From NCBI RefSeq assembly GCF_009914755.1, contig NC_060929.1: a stretch of 64,000 nucleotides of DNA. One strand, written 5' to 3'. A program made the position numbers and the translations under genes. This DNA comes from the human T2T-CHM13v2.0 reference genome, Homo sapiens. The notes under the pieces were generated by a model, which did not search any database, was not told the DNA's origin, and worked only from the letters and a program-made list of their open reading frames with translations. Below are positions 1 to 12,250 of this stretch, one piece after another; the stretch's first letter is position 1; every line of letters begins with the position of its first letter.

Positions 1-2118
1 TCTTGGTTTTATGCTTCCTGTTTTAGAGCATGCATCAGGCTAGATAAGGACATATTGTGTGCATAGTATAAACTAATATGAGGACAACTTCTACAAGCCT
101 TCTACAGCATATAGATCAAGTGTCATTCTTAAAGCCACAGGCCCTTGTTAAAACAATTTATTTGCATGGATTAAGCCTCACTTATAGATATTGACTCAAC
201 TATATGATTTTGTAAATATTTTTTTAAAATATTCTGTTTCTTACTTAGGATATTTCTTACCTCCTGCACAACACAACATCAACTATACAATCAATAAGAT
301 ACAGTCTTTAGCTACAAATTAAGCTTCTTATTTTATCTGTGTAACAATCATTATGTGGTTTAATGATGATCTGCAGTCTTAAATACATTATATACTGTTA
401 TATCAGAGATGACATAAAAGTACAGATATTATAGCTTATGAAATCAGCCCCTCCTTAATCAGTTTGGCAATAAACCAAATTGCCCTGATTTAGCAAAGAA
501 ATTCTCAGAAACTATTTTTCTCATTCAACATTTGTGATTTTAATTCTTTAAAAAATATTTCAGTGTCTTATTTTGCACAACCATTCACTATTTGTTTGAA
601 AAACTTAAAACTGTAATATCATTTTAATACAGTCATTATAAACTAAAAGTTAAGATACATACTATCGGCTACATTTCTGTTGTGGTATTTTAAGCCTCAC
701 TTTGTTGAAGCAGCAATTATTTTCATAACCTGAATTAACGAATGCTGATTTTGTACGTGAAAAGATGGACAGAAATGTCACACTTTAATTCACGCCATTA
801 AACAAACAAAAAACGGCCATAAGGTCAAAATAATAGAACTAGATGAAAAAAGTAGTCGATCTAGAATCCTGTGAAATTTTCTCTGATTTAAACTGTTTCT
901 TGCCTTAAAGAAAAGTACTGCAGCTGTGATACAACTATGAGCCCTCCTCCCTTTAAAAGCTGATGTCAGTGAGAAATACCCCATCTGATGGGTTTTCAAG
1001 ATGTACACCGGGCATTGCCTACGGAAGTTAGTTAATTACACCAACCTGCGGCTGTTAGCAATGAGGACTGCCCCTCTTCACCCAACGTAGGGCAGAAACC
1101 AATCCTCTCAGTTCACCGATCTAATTCCAGTTTTCAGGCACACTGGCCATCCACTGCCTCCTTCCCTTCCCTCTCCAACTCTTAGAAAACGAAATGCAGT
1201 TAATTTATGTTCATTTTATCCATTTCCTCTCATGACTCACTGCAACAGGAAACTGCCGTCTCTGTTGTGTTTAGACCAGTCTCGTCTTAGCCACGAGCTA
1301 ACAGTATCATCATTTAGAAAGATCCCTCATCATGCCACAGTCAACATCAAACTGTTCCTCGACATTCTGAATTTATCTAGCACATCTTCCCTATCTGATG
1401 CAAATGAACCGGCAATCATTTTAGGAAGCAGTGCCTTAAAGAATTGTGATCCTGACACAATTGCTGTGGCGGTTTACTCATTACATTACGAAGCACAGCT
1501 GTATCTTGTTGTTTCATCTGTGGGGCTTTTGACAGCACATAACTGCTGAAAAGCATGTACATGGGGTTGATATATACACACACATACATACATACTCAGG
1601 ACGTGCAAAGGAGAACGTGGCCGTGCTCGAAGTGTATCAAACTATGACTTCTAAATTCCTTTCCATCAAATGCCAGTAGAAGCACTTGATAAATGGACCC
1701 TAGGAGAGCACTTCTCATTGCCTCAGGATGGAACGACTCGCAGGCATACGACACTCCATCAATACAGAGAGCTGGCAGATTGAAAGGCGGGAAGGACTAT
1801 CTCTGATACGGTGCATCTGCTTACTAATAGCAGCAGCACTCCAACCCTCTTCCCATTCATTGCCTACAGGAACCACTCCTCAGAGAGGCACGCCAGTCAA
1901 CAGATGGTCTCTGGCTAAGGTGTAATCAGGAGCAGCTTGCTAAATTTACCCAAAACAAATAGAATTACAGGCTTTTGCCCGAGTCTGAAATTGAATTGAG
2001 AACTTGGGTGGTGGATAATGGAAGCTAAAATGGAAGAGCTCAAAATGCATCACAGCATGTTGGGAAAGGGCGGGCACAGGGTGCAGTTTCAGCTGTGAAC
2101 TCCACTGTTTACTACCAG

Positions 2119-2368
2119 GTCATCTATTGCCAATAAACTTGTCTACTATGCAGGATCGTTTCCCCTCAAGATCAAAGCTTCCAGGATTGGTAAAATTGTC
2201 ACCAGTTAATGAAGTCATCTGCCTTCGGTGCACAGTGAACAAAATACTACCTGATGTTTTGAATATGTTTTGCCCAGTTGCAATGCCTTCACGTAAAATG
2301 TCAACAGTTCTAACCATCCTACTTTCATTAGCAGTTTTTATGTCCACTAAAAATCTGTCATTCAAAAG
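2119..2368 (+). other. Candidate 250-nt spliced exon (possibly of an antisense/lncRNA transcript)
   Basis: Acceptor tccactgtttactacCAG (AG 2117-2118); strong donor AAG|GTAAGA (GT 2369-2370); one + frame open across the segment; no recognisable homology. Confidence 0.3.
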
Positions 2369-3574
2369 GTAAGAATCATTAAGGATTCTGAATAATGTGA
2401 TCTTCTAAGAAGAGGTGTTCCGATGTCTATCTCCAGAATTCCTCGCTGTTTTCAATCATTCGTTGCTCAGAATACAGGCAACATAAAGCCTCAGAAATTG
2501 CCTGAAAAAGTCAGCATAAAATTAAGAGTAAATCATTTAACCTATGGCTATGTTTCACTACTTACGTAGTAAGAACTGTGCCACCCACACAAATCACTGT
2601 ATCATGAAGCTTTAAAAGTAAATGAGGCAAAATATGTAAAAGCACTTAAATTATAAAGAGATAAGGTCTTAAGGATAAGGCTATTTGTAACCCAAGCTAT
2701 CAGCAGTCACTTTAAAATTATTATCTTCATAACCATTAATATTTTTTATTACTAAATTGTTTACCCATTAAAAAGGCCATTAAAAAATTAAAAATTTCAG
2801 TTTCTAATATTTTATTGTTTTCTAATCTTCTTTGGAAATAAAAAGATGTGTATTTTGTATTTTACATCATTCAGTATTTGCAATGCAGAGCTTTTAAAAT
2901 GTATTACAGCATGCATTGAATTAGCTACCTTTAAACTAATAATCAGGCAATTCTCCTCATTCTTCATGACTTAAAATCCCATTATGGAAAATTCACTTTT
3001 ATACATCAATCAGTCTAACATTTTCAAACATCAGTTATATAAGAAGTATCTGAAGTACCTCCTATTTTCTTCGAGCATTTTGTTGTAAGGAACTCTGCCA
3101 TGCAGAGAAGGAATCCCAAAAGAAAGGTCTTTTTTGTTCAGGATGAAAGTATTTAAAGAGAGGGTATTTTTTAAATTAACTAAAAAAAGAGCTTCATTCT
3201 TAAGGTTTGAATTACAGACTGACAAGGGCTAAAATATCTTTTAACATAATTATTTTTTAAAGTAACTGACTTGAAATGAAACTAGCATTTTTCTTAAATG
3301 AATGCTGTTAAGTAAAGCAAAATGTGTCCCTACACTCGAAGAGGATACATTTTTAGTGATATGTTATATATATAAAAAAGAACTAGATGCTAAAGCTACC
3401 TTACTAAAATATGTGTCTTCTCTATTTGGAGCTTTATCTGCTATTCTCTCTTCTTTTATAGAAATAGAAAATGCATTATTAATGTACAAATAATATGCAT
3501 GCTTATAGGAACAAACATTTTGAGCTGCAGAATAAACTAATGAAAAGAGCACAGACAGATACAGATATCTAATT

Positions 3575-3745
3575 ACTACATTACCCTGGGCAAATCATTT
3601 AACTGCTCTATGATTCAGTCTGCCCATCTGTAAAATCAGTGGAACAGCTTCCCTACCTATCCCCAAGATATTTGGTAGGAGTACATGAAAAAGTGTTGTC
3701 GAAGCCTATTTAGGCACCAAGCTTAAAAGGTCTGGCACATGTTTG
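3575..3745 (+). mobile_element. MIR SINE fragment
   Basis: ccctgggcaaatcatttaactgctctatgattcagtctgcccatctgtaaaat resembles the MIR core. Confidence 0.7.
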
Positions 3746-4717
3746 TGAAAGTACAATTATAATGATTTTCATTACTATTCTAGTAGACTCTGAATTTTAA
3801 TCTTTAGGAATAACCCTAATTATTTTATTTTAAAATGCTTCAAAAATATAGCTATAACAGAAAAACCTGTCATATAACTAGTAGTAAAATTTTGGCCCTA
3901 TAATATCATCCTATTTATTATTCAATTATTGCTTCAATAAACCAATGTATGTATAAAAGGTAGCCTTTGTTTTTCCGTATCTTTAATGCAATTTGTTCTG
4001 AAAAACTACTGTGACATTAATAATAAAGGACAAGCTCTGTAAAGAAAAGGTGCCTAACAAAAACTTGGCAATGATCTCCATTCAAAGCAAAAATGCTATG
4101 AATTTTAAGATAAGGGACCTGTTATATGTTAAGTAAAAATATTCGTAGTTTATAATTTGTGAAGCAGTAGGCATTGCATAACTCTGAGAAAAAATGCTGT
4201 TCATTATATGAATGGCAATTTCAAATAATATCAAATGATTTAAGTTCAAAGGACTTAGGAAAGCTTCATGGCATCCTGTTATTAATTTCACAAAAATTTC
4301 TTTAGAAAAGAAACTGAGTCCTACATGAAAAATGTAAAACTACAAGGTGCACTGTGTACTGATTCTCCATGCAACAAATCTGCAAACATTGCCTAGGGCA
4401 TGCTATATGGGAAATCTGGACAGCTGGAAATCATAGTAGACAAGGAGATTTAGGTCATTGATCTCAGAATTGGAAAATTTCCCCTAGTGAGCCAATATGA
4501 ATCTGGCACATATCACTGATACACACACATACACCCCTCCTATATCCTCAAAAAAGTAGCATATCACTAAGAGATATCATTAGAAAATGTATGCAGTAAT
4601 AGCAAAGCGTGTGAATATATTAACTGATTGCGTAGTGAAAATCTTCAATATTCAGTAAATATTCATTGGGTACCTCCTATGTACACAACACTGTGAGAAT
4701 CAGTAGTAAGAGATATA

Positions 4718-4995
4718 ATTAACATTTGTTAAGTACTTGCTATTCTACATTCTTTACCTAACTCATTTAATCCCCCTTTCCCATCTCTCTCTCTTTTTCT
4801 CTCCCCCCCACCTTCTCTTGGAGATAAAAAACAATTATGATCATCAACATCAGCATCATCCCCATTTTCCATTTGAGAAAACTGAAGCCTAACTGAAGTA
4901 GCTTGCCCAAGGTGATAGAGCTAGTGAGCGACAGAGCCAAGATTTAAACCCTGGCAGTCTGATCCAGTCTACACATTCAACCACTATGCTATATT
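4718..4995 (-). mobile_element. MIR SINE
   Basis: cccattttccatttgagaaaactgaagcc...cttgcccaaggt...gatttaaaccctggcagtctgat is an antisense MIR core. Confidence 0.75.
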
Positions 4996-5479
4996 GCTCT
5001 AAAGCACAACCACAGGGAGCCACAAGAAACACTTCAAGCTCTTGAGCACTTACGCTTTATTTGTGTACCTCTCACTGCCTGAAATGACTCCCAGCTTAGG
5101 ACTCACCAGCTCCATGAACCCTTCCCAGATTTCCCTCAGGAACAGTTGTCTACTCCCTTCTCTGGTCCATCAAGATATCTTGTACATATTCCAAATTCTG
5201 TACTTATTGGAACTATATTATAACTATTTGTCTGCATGTTTGCTCTTTTTATTCGTGAGGCTTGGCTGAGAATTCAACACATAGTAAACATCCAGTAGAG
5301 TAAATGATTAACCTGTCATTGGAACATTACAATTTAGTTGAAGAAGTAGTCTGAACTCTATTGGTGTAAGTATTTGTGTTTGATAATGGCAAATAAGAAT
5401 AAAGGTTACCTTAGCAAAGGTTGCTAAATTATGGACTGGGGTGAAGATAGGGCTCAAACCTCACTCTGATAGACCTTAA

Positions 5480-5700
5480 AGGATAGGAATGAATCAGATG
5501 ACTGGAAAAGAGGAGAGGCAATCTGGGGCCAGATGAGCAGGAGCAGGAGCAGGGGATTTGAGAAATGAGTGCCTGAGGCAGGTGTGGAGGGTGGGCAGCC
5601 CATTTAATGGCAAGCTAAGGAGCCTCAAATTTATTCTTAGGGCACTAGAGAGTCTTGAGCATGGAAATAACATGATCAGAAGAGCAAGGCAGGAAAAACA
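5480..5700 (-). mobile_element. L2 LINE fragment
   Basis: ggcaagctaaggagcctcaaatttattcttagggcactagagagtcttgagcatggaaataacatgatcaga, typical antisense L2. Confidence 0.55.
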
Positions 5701-6129
5701 GTTTTGGCTGCAGGAAACACAAAGGTGAATAACAAAAAATATATAATATCTAGATTTTGAGGGTGAAACCTACTCAGAATCCTTCTTTAGTAAGGAAAAA
5801 GACAGCTGAAACATTCACCACCTGCTGAAAAAGGCTTGTCTCCAAGAAGCAAACTGTTACTAATAGTTTTTAATGTAAGTAAAAATTCATTAAACATTTA
5901 TTGCTGCTTTATTATCCTACGGGCTAAGAATACAGAAATAATGCATCATCTTCAGGGATAAGAATCTAAATTTTTGAAAATGAAATACAGAATATGGATT
6001 AGAGAAGTAACATAAAATGATCAAAAGTTTGTATGTGAAGGTCAGAATGAGAGAGCTATTATTCTTATATAATATGATCTGTCAAAATAAAAAAAAACTT
6101 TTGTTCAAAAATAAATGATACAATCAGAA

Positions 6130-6290
6130 AATGAGAAAGGACATTAGAAGTAATCTAATCCCACAGCATTTTAGAGATGAGAAGAATGGGAGGACCAGAG
6201 AAGTTAAATGATCACCTCCAGGTCACACAGAAAGTTGTCAGTAAAATATGGATTACAAATCTCATCTCCTAACTATGGTTGACTGCTTTG
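6130..6290 (-). mobile_element. MIR/MIR3 fragment
   Basis: cattttagagatgagaag...agagaagttaaatgatcacctccaggtcacacag. Confidence 0.6.
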
Positions 6291-6525
6291 CCTCTGCTGT
6301 TTTTCATAAAGCTATAAATATGACTACACTAGAAAAATAATTCTGGTATATTTTGGTATAAAACAAATTATAAGTCTTTAATAACATCCATGTAAACTTT
6401 AAAAGATTAAAACAATAGAGCCAATGAAAATGGATCATTCATTCATTTAGCAGCCTATATTAATTAAGAACCTAGCCAGGGAATGCAGGAATGGATGAAG
6501 GGTTTGGATATAAATAACGGAAAAT

Positions 6526-6741
6526 GGCAAGGCGTGGTGGCTCACACCTGTAATCCCAGCACTTTTGGAGGCCAAGGAAGGAGGACCGCTTGAGCTCAGG
6601 AGTTTGAGACCAGCCTGGGCAACACGGCAAAACCTCATCTCCTAAAGATAAAAAAAAAAATTAGCTGGGCATGGTAGCGCAGCTGTAGTTCCAGCTACTC
6701 AGGAAGCTGAGGTGGGAGAATCACTTGAACCCAGGAGGTCG
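6526..6741 (+). mobile_element. AluJ-type SINE, 3'-truncated (no poly(A) tail)
   Basis: Left arm, A-rich linker and partial right arm ending abruptly at cccaggaggtcg. Confidence 0.92.
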
Positions 6742-6870
6742 TATTTTGGATATGCTGAATTAAATATAAAATTAATATCACCAGCATTTTTAATTTCTTG
6801 GTAAAAATGTAGCTATTAGAAAACTGAAAATTATATACATGGCTCACATATTTCTATTGGACAATGCCAC
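6742..6870 (+). mobile_element. MER3/MER33-type hAT-Charlie MITE, 3' part only
   Basis: tattttggatatgctgaattaaa...atgtagctattagaaaactgaaaattatatacatggctcacatatttctattggacaatgc. Confidence 0.7.
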
Positions 6871-8238
6871 TCTGGAGAATGAGCAAAGATTAACCAGCTG
6901 TGGGCTGGTGCATGCTTAGAAAGGCCAGGAAAGAGGACAAGGTGGGATCTAACCATTAAAGGATAAGAATCTGAAGATTTTTTTTGAAAGACTAATTTTC
7001 AGGGAATTGTGGGGAAGAAAGTCTCACAGAAAAAAATGTGGGTAGTTACCCAAAAGTTTCTCCCATCATCTTTGGAACTTTGGCCAAATCAGGTGATGCC
7101 TTGGGCAAATCAGGTCTCCTTCCTCCTGCCACTGAACTAAACTTGCAGTTTATCCTTCTGTTTGTTCTCTGTGGAACTGTGAGCCAAGTGAAGTGCAGAT
7201 GGATGGCTTCTTGGAACAGAACTGAAAGCATGCCAGTACTTAAGTTAGAATAGCATCCACCTTCAGTGACCACAGTTATTATGTGAACACCGTAGGTCCT
7301 CACGTGTGAGGTCACCGTATTATAGAAGCAGCTCTCTGGATAATTATTCACACAGACACAAACACACACACAGACGAATGTCATCAGAGTTTTTTGCTGT
7401 AAAACACTATTTCCATCTGTGTCTTCTGCTGCATAGTTTAATTCCTGTATATGTCTTTTAAATAAAAATGTGGGCCTCATCTGTGTTACACCAACCTTGA
7501 AGACATGAACTGCAGACAAATTTTCATAATAACTTCAGGGCTATCAAACTGGCTAGAATTGAAATATCAAGGTCAGCCCTGCCATTTTCAAATTATCTTC
7601 AGCCTTGATATAACAATAATCTTAATTAAATAGACTTCTAAAAACTAAGTGTAAGTCAAGCTTGAACCATCACTATTTTCAGAGTATACTAAACAGCTAG
7701 TAATACAAGTATAAGCAATAAATTATTCTTGTTTTTATAATAATGAGAAAAAAGTTCTAGAAGTTAATTCCACTTAAAGGTGTTTCAATAATTAATAATT
7801 TCATTTTTCTCATGTCCAATGTCATTACAGAATTAGGTATATTCATTACTTGAAACATTTCATTTAATCATTCACTTATTTACTTATTGCAGTGTTCCTT
7901 TATTGTATTGCAGTTATTTGTCCTGACAGTTTATAGTTCCTCGATTAAATGGATATTTTAGGTATTCTGGTTTTAATTACCTAGGAGCAAACTTCAGGTT
8001 TCAAAGTTGCATTTGGACAAAGTGCTATTCCTATAAATTTATTTATAGGATGGCTTCGCTCTTGAGTTAATCAGAATTTGTGTCACTTACATAACAATGG
8101 TGACTAGCGTGACATGTTAGTAGTCTCTAATGCAATTTTGCTAAAAATTTTCTTATAACCCATTAATACATAAGAGCAGATGTCTTTAGATACCCTTTTA
8201 CAGACTCTTTAAGATGACTATTTGTTCTTTTCATCTGA

Positions 8239-8601
<363 letters not shown>

Positions 8602-8694
8602 TGAGTGTCAACTCTTTTTACACCCCTTAAAAATATACTCATATACAGATGAATGGTTATAAATGATTTAAAAACGTAGATGAGGAACACTGGA

Positions 8695-8850
8695 ATACGG
8701 CCTTCACGAGGGCAGAAATTTTTGCCTATTACATTCATTAGTATATTTCTAGAACCCAGAAGAGTCCTTGATCCTAGCAGATGCTCAATAAATATCTGTG
8801 TATTGAATGGCACATAATGGACACTCAGAACATAAATGTTTAATGACTGA
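8695..8850 (+). mobile_element. L2 LINE 3' end
   Basis: gagggcagaaatttttgcc...tagcagatgctcaataaatatctgtgtattgaatg. Confidence 0.7.
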
Positions 8851-8923
8851 ATAATTCATGGAAATGATTACGCCATTAGTTAATAACAATATGCTCCATG
8901 ATCATCATTTCACTGTATGCTAC

Positions 8924-9540
8924 TGTCAAAGGCATTTGAATCACAGCAACTCCATCTTGAATAAGGGCTATGTAAAATGAGGCTGAGAGCTACTAGGCTG
9001 CTTTCCCAGGAGGGTAAGAGATTCTTAGCCACAGGATGAGATAGGAGGTCAACACAAGGTACAGGTCATAAAGACCTTGCTGATAAAACAGCATGTGGTA
9101 AAGAAGCCAACCAAAATCCACGAAAACCAAGATGGCCATGAATGTAACCTCTGGTCATCCTCGCTGCTCATTATATGCTAATTACAACACATTAGCATGC
9201 TAAAAGACACTCCCACCAGTGCCATGACAGTTACAAATGCCATGGCAATGTCAGGAAGTTACCCTACATGGTCTGAAATGGGGAGTAACCTGCAGTTCCA
9301 GGAATTGTTCACCCTTTCCCAGAAAACTCATAAATAATCCACTCTCTGTTTAGCCTATAATCAAGAAATAACTGTAAGTATCCTTAGTCTAGCACCTCAA
9401 GCTGCTGCTCTGCCTATGGAGTAGCCATTCTTTTATTCCTTTACTTTCCTTTCACTTTACTCTAGGGACTTGCACCAAACTCCTTGCGAGATCCAAGAAC
9501 CCTCTCTTGGGGTCTGGATCTGGACCCCTTTCTGGTAATA
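8924..9540 (+). mobile_element. MER41B solo LTR (ERV1)
   Basis: Starts TGTCAAAGGCATTTGAATCACAGCAACTCCATCTTGAATA, ends GGACCCCTTTCTGGTAATA; 4-bp TSD CTAC at 8920-8923 and 9541-9544; includes the STAT-site segment of subfamily B. Confidence 0.9.
9296..9324. promoter_or_regulatory. Tandem GAS (STAT) motifs in MER41B
   Basis: TTCCAGGAA 9296-9304 and TTCCCAGAA 9316-9324, both fit TTCN3GAA; activity not shown. Confidence 0.55.
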
Positions 9541-9938
9541 CTACAATATGAATACTTTAAATGGTGGTTACCAGGAAGTCTTAAATGTTTATGACAAGTA
9601 GGTGCTTAGTACGTTTTCTTGAATATATGAGTAAAGAAATAAACTAGAAAGACTGGGTCACAATTTAGAAAATAAGTCATGAGGTGCTGAAGACCAGAAC
9701 AGCCCAATCTTTTTTTATAAACCTCCTGGATGCAAGTTTTAACACAGTCTCAAAAAAGTTGTGATCAGTTTCTCCAAAGCTACACACTGAGACTAGGATG
9801 ACAACGAGCTACCTACTCAGGATTTTGCAAGGACCAAAAATCTTTTCTTACTTTACAATACTCTCAAACAGAAACTATTTTAAACTACATGGTTAATTCA
9901 ACCTTGTGGACTGGATGGTCATCAAAATGATTATATAA

Positions 9939-10296
<358 letters not shown>

Positions 10297-11208
10297 CCAT
10301 AGTTGCATTTCTAAATATAAAATCCCCACGAAGTTTGAAAAGATGATGAGATCAGGGATATTTGAACACATTTTTAAAGTAAATGGATGTATGGAATATT
10401 ATGATAGAATATAGTAGTAGTGGTAGTCAAGCATGAAACTGGTAGAGAAACAAAAATATACATGTAAAATAAACTCAGTATTTTAATAATAAAATAAATG
10501 GTATCCTAAAAAATACACTGATTTTGTAAATCTATATTTTGCTATTGTGACTTTCTATGAATATCCATTTATAAAGTGTTACATTCCAACCTGAAGCTTT
10601 TTTAAAAGTACAACAATCTTTTTAGTTTCAACTTTAATCTGTAAATTAAGTGCCCTAAATCATCTAATAGCATAGCTCTAAATTCATCCTTATCACCACT
10701 GCCTATTTAACATCAAAACTATCATAAAAAAAATAGTTCTTATCTATCAATGCATACATATATTACTTTTCTTAAAAAAAAACTGACTAATAATGTGGCA
10801 CCATGAACATGTTATATGTAGACATGGTTTGTTCAAAGGGCTAAAAAACAATTATAGCCCTGCCTACTCACAATGCATTCCCCCAAATTTTCATTAGCTT
10901 ACATCATAGTAAGACTTCACAAAATTTTCATCTGAAAAGACCTACTTTCCTTAAGATCTTGCTCACAAAACACCCAAAAGGTGCATTTTGAGAAAATGAA
11001 GAAAATGCCATGATGCTATCTGTGGCTCCTGCAACACTTGTTTTACTTCCTTTCGAAAGAAATAGAAAGTCAAAAGAGACTTCAAATGGTGGGCAGATGT
11101 AAATGGCATTTGCCTGAAAAGACATAAAGCAGCATTCAACAGGGAAGTCCCACCCCACTGAGTCTGTATAAGCGCTCACTCCATCTCTGTTGTAGTTGAA
11201 GACAGTGG

Positions 11209-11218
11209 CTGTCAATCA
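11209..11218 (-). promoter_or_regulatory. PBX-PREP/MEIS decamer TGATTGACAG
   Basis: CTGTCAATCA on +, in repeat-free sequence. Confidence 0.4.
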
Positions 11219-11318
11219 ATCCTGGCTCAGTGGTTAAAGAACCCCACATAGGCTCCTCAGTAGGGTGTAAATGGCTGCAATCGCCTGGGTATAAGCAACT
11301 GATTTGCAAGCTGAGGGG

Positions 11319-11373
11319 CAAAACAAAACAAACAAAACAACAACAACAACAACAACAACAAAAAACACAAAAA
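11319..11373. repeat. (CAAAA)n/(CAA)n simple repeat
   Basis: caaaacaaaacaaacaaaacaacaacaac... Confidence 0.9.
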
Positions 11374-11689
11374 CCCCCACCTTGTTTCTTCCTCACACAA
11401 CCTGAAATCAATACTCTAGCCTGTTTTTTTTTACCTTCTAGGAGGTTTACAGTTCTTGTAGGCCATCATTACAGAGAGTCACAGAAGGCACAAAACTGAA
11501 GCATGTCACCCAGGTTAAGAAGCTGAAGACTTTGTGCTGATTTCCAGTGATTATTGCCATTAAAATAGAGCAATGAGATAAAGTTTTGCCAGAGCCAAAC
11601 ACACACCATGGTGTTTTTGCAAAAGCATATACGAGAACTTAACTCCAAGATGACAGCTCCATCAAGCAGCAATCACCGAGAATGCTGTT

Positions 11690-11815
11690 CTGAATTCAAA
11701 GGCAACCCTGCTAACCACTCTTTCTGAGTAAATCACTTAACTTCTTTTATACCTCAGGTAGTTCATTGTGCACTACCTCACCATGGGTTGCTTACCAAGA
11801 AAACGTAATAAAAAT
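11690..11815 (+). mobile_element. MIR fragment
   Basis: ctgagtaaatcacttaacttcttttatacctcag...ctacctcaccatgggttgct. Confidence 0.5.
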
Positions 11816-12217
11816 AATTGGGGAGCTCTTTGAAGACATAAAATTGCTGTGGAGAGAATCAACTGTAAATTTAAGTCTGTGCTCCTTGGTGAAGAAGTCT
11901 CCAAGTGAGCTAGTCTTGATGAGGTCTCCTTTGATGATTTGGACTGTACTACTCTTAGTAGAAAGAGGCTCTGCCCCTTCCTGATGGGTACTTACGTACC
12001 CAGTGGCCAGGAGGAATGGACTCAGGGATGGGGCTAGGGGCCTCACCCACCAGGCATGAGAGGTAATTTGTGCTTCCCTGGCTGCCTTGGCACCATGCCT
12101 CTGTAGCTTTGTTTCAGGGATGACATGCTTCAGCTCAGGCTGCTGTGCTTAAGTCCTACTGTAGTCAGAGATTTGGGGCTGGGAAAAGAGGGGCAGCTTT
12201 GCCCCCTCCTGAGCCAA

Positions 12218-12250
12218 GAGGAGAGGGAGAGGGAGAGAGAGAGAGAGAGA
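12218..12250. repeat. (GA)n-rich simple repeat
   Basis: gaggagagggagagggagagagagagagaga. Confidence 0.9.

Noticed and set aside
7046-7519. Longest ORF (157 aa, minus strand)
   Set aside because: Non-ATG start, contains a CVCVCV microsatellite translation, no recognisable domain and no convincing splice boundaries
11230-11499. Poly-Q / poly-C ORFs
   Set aside because: Produced by the (CAA)n simple repeat
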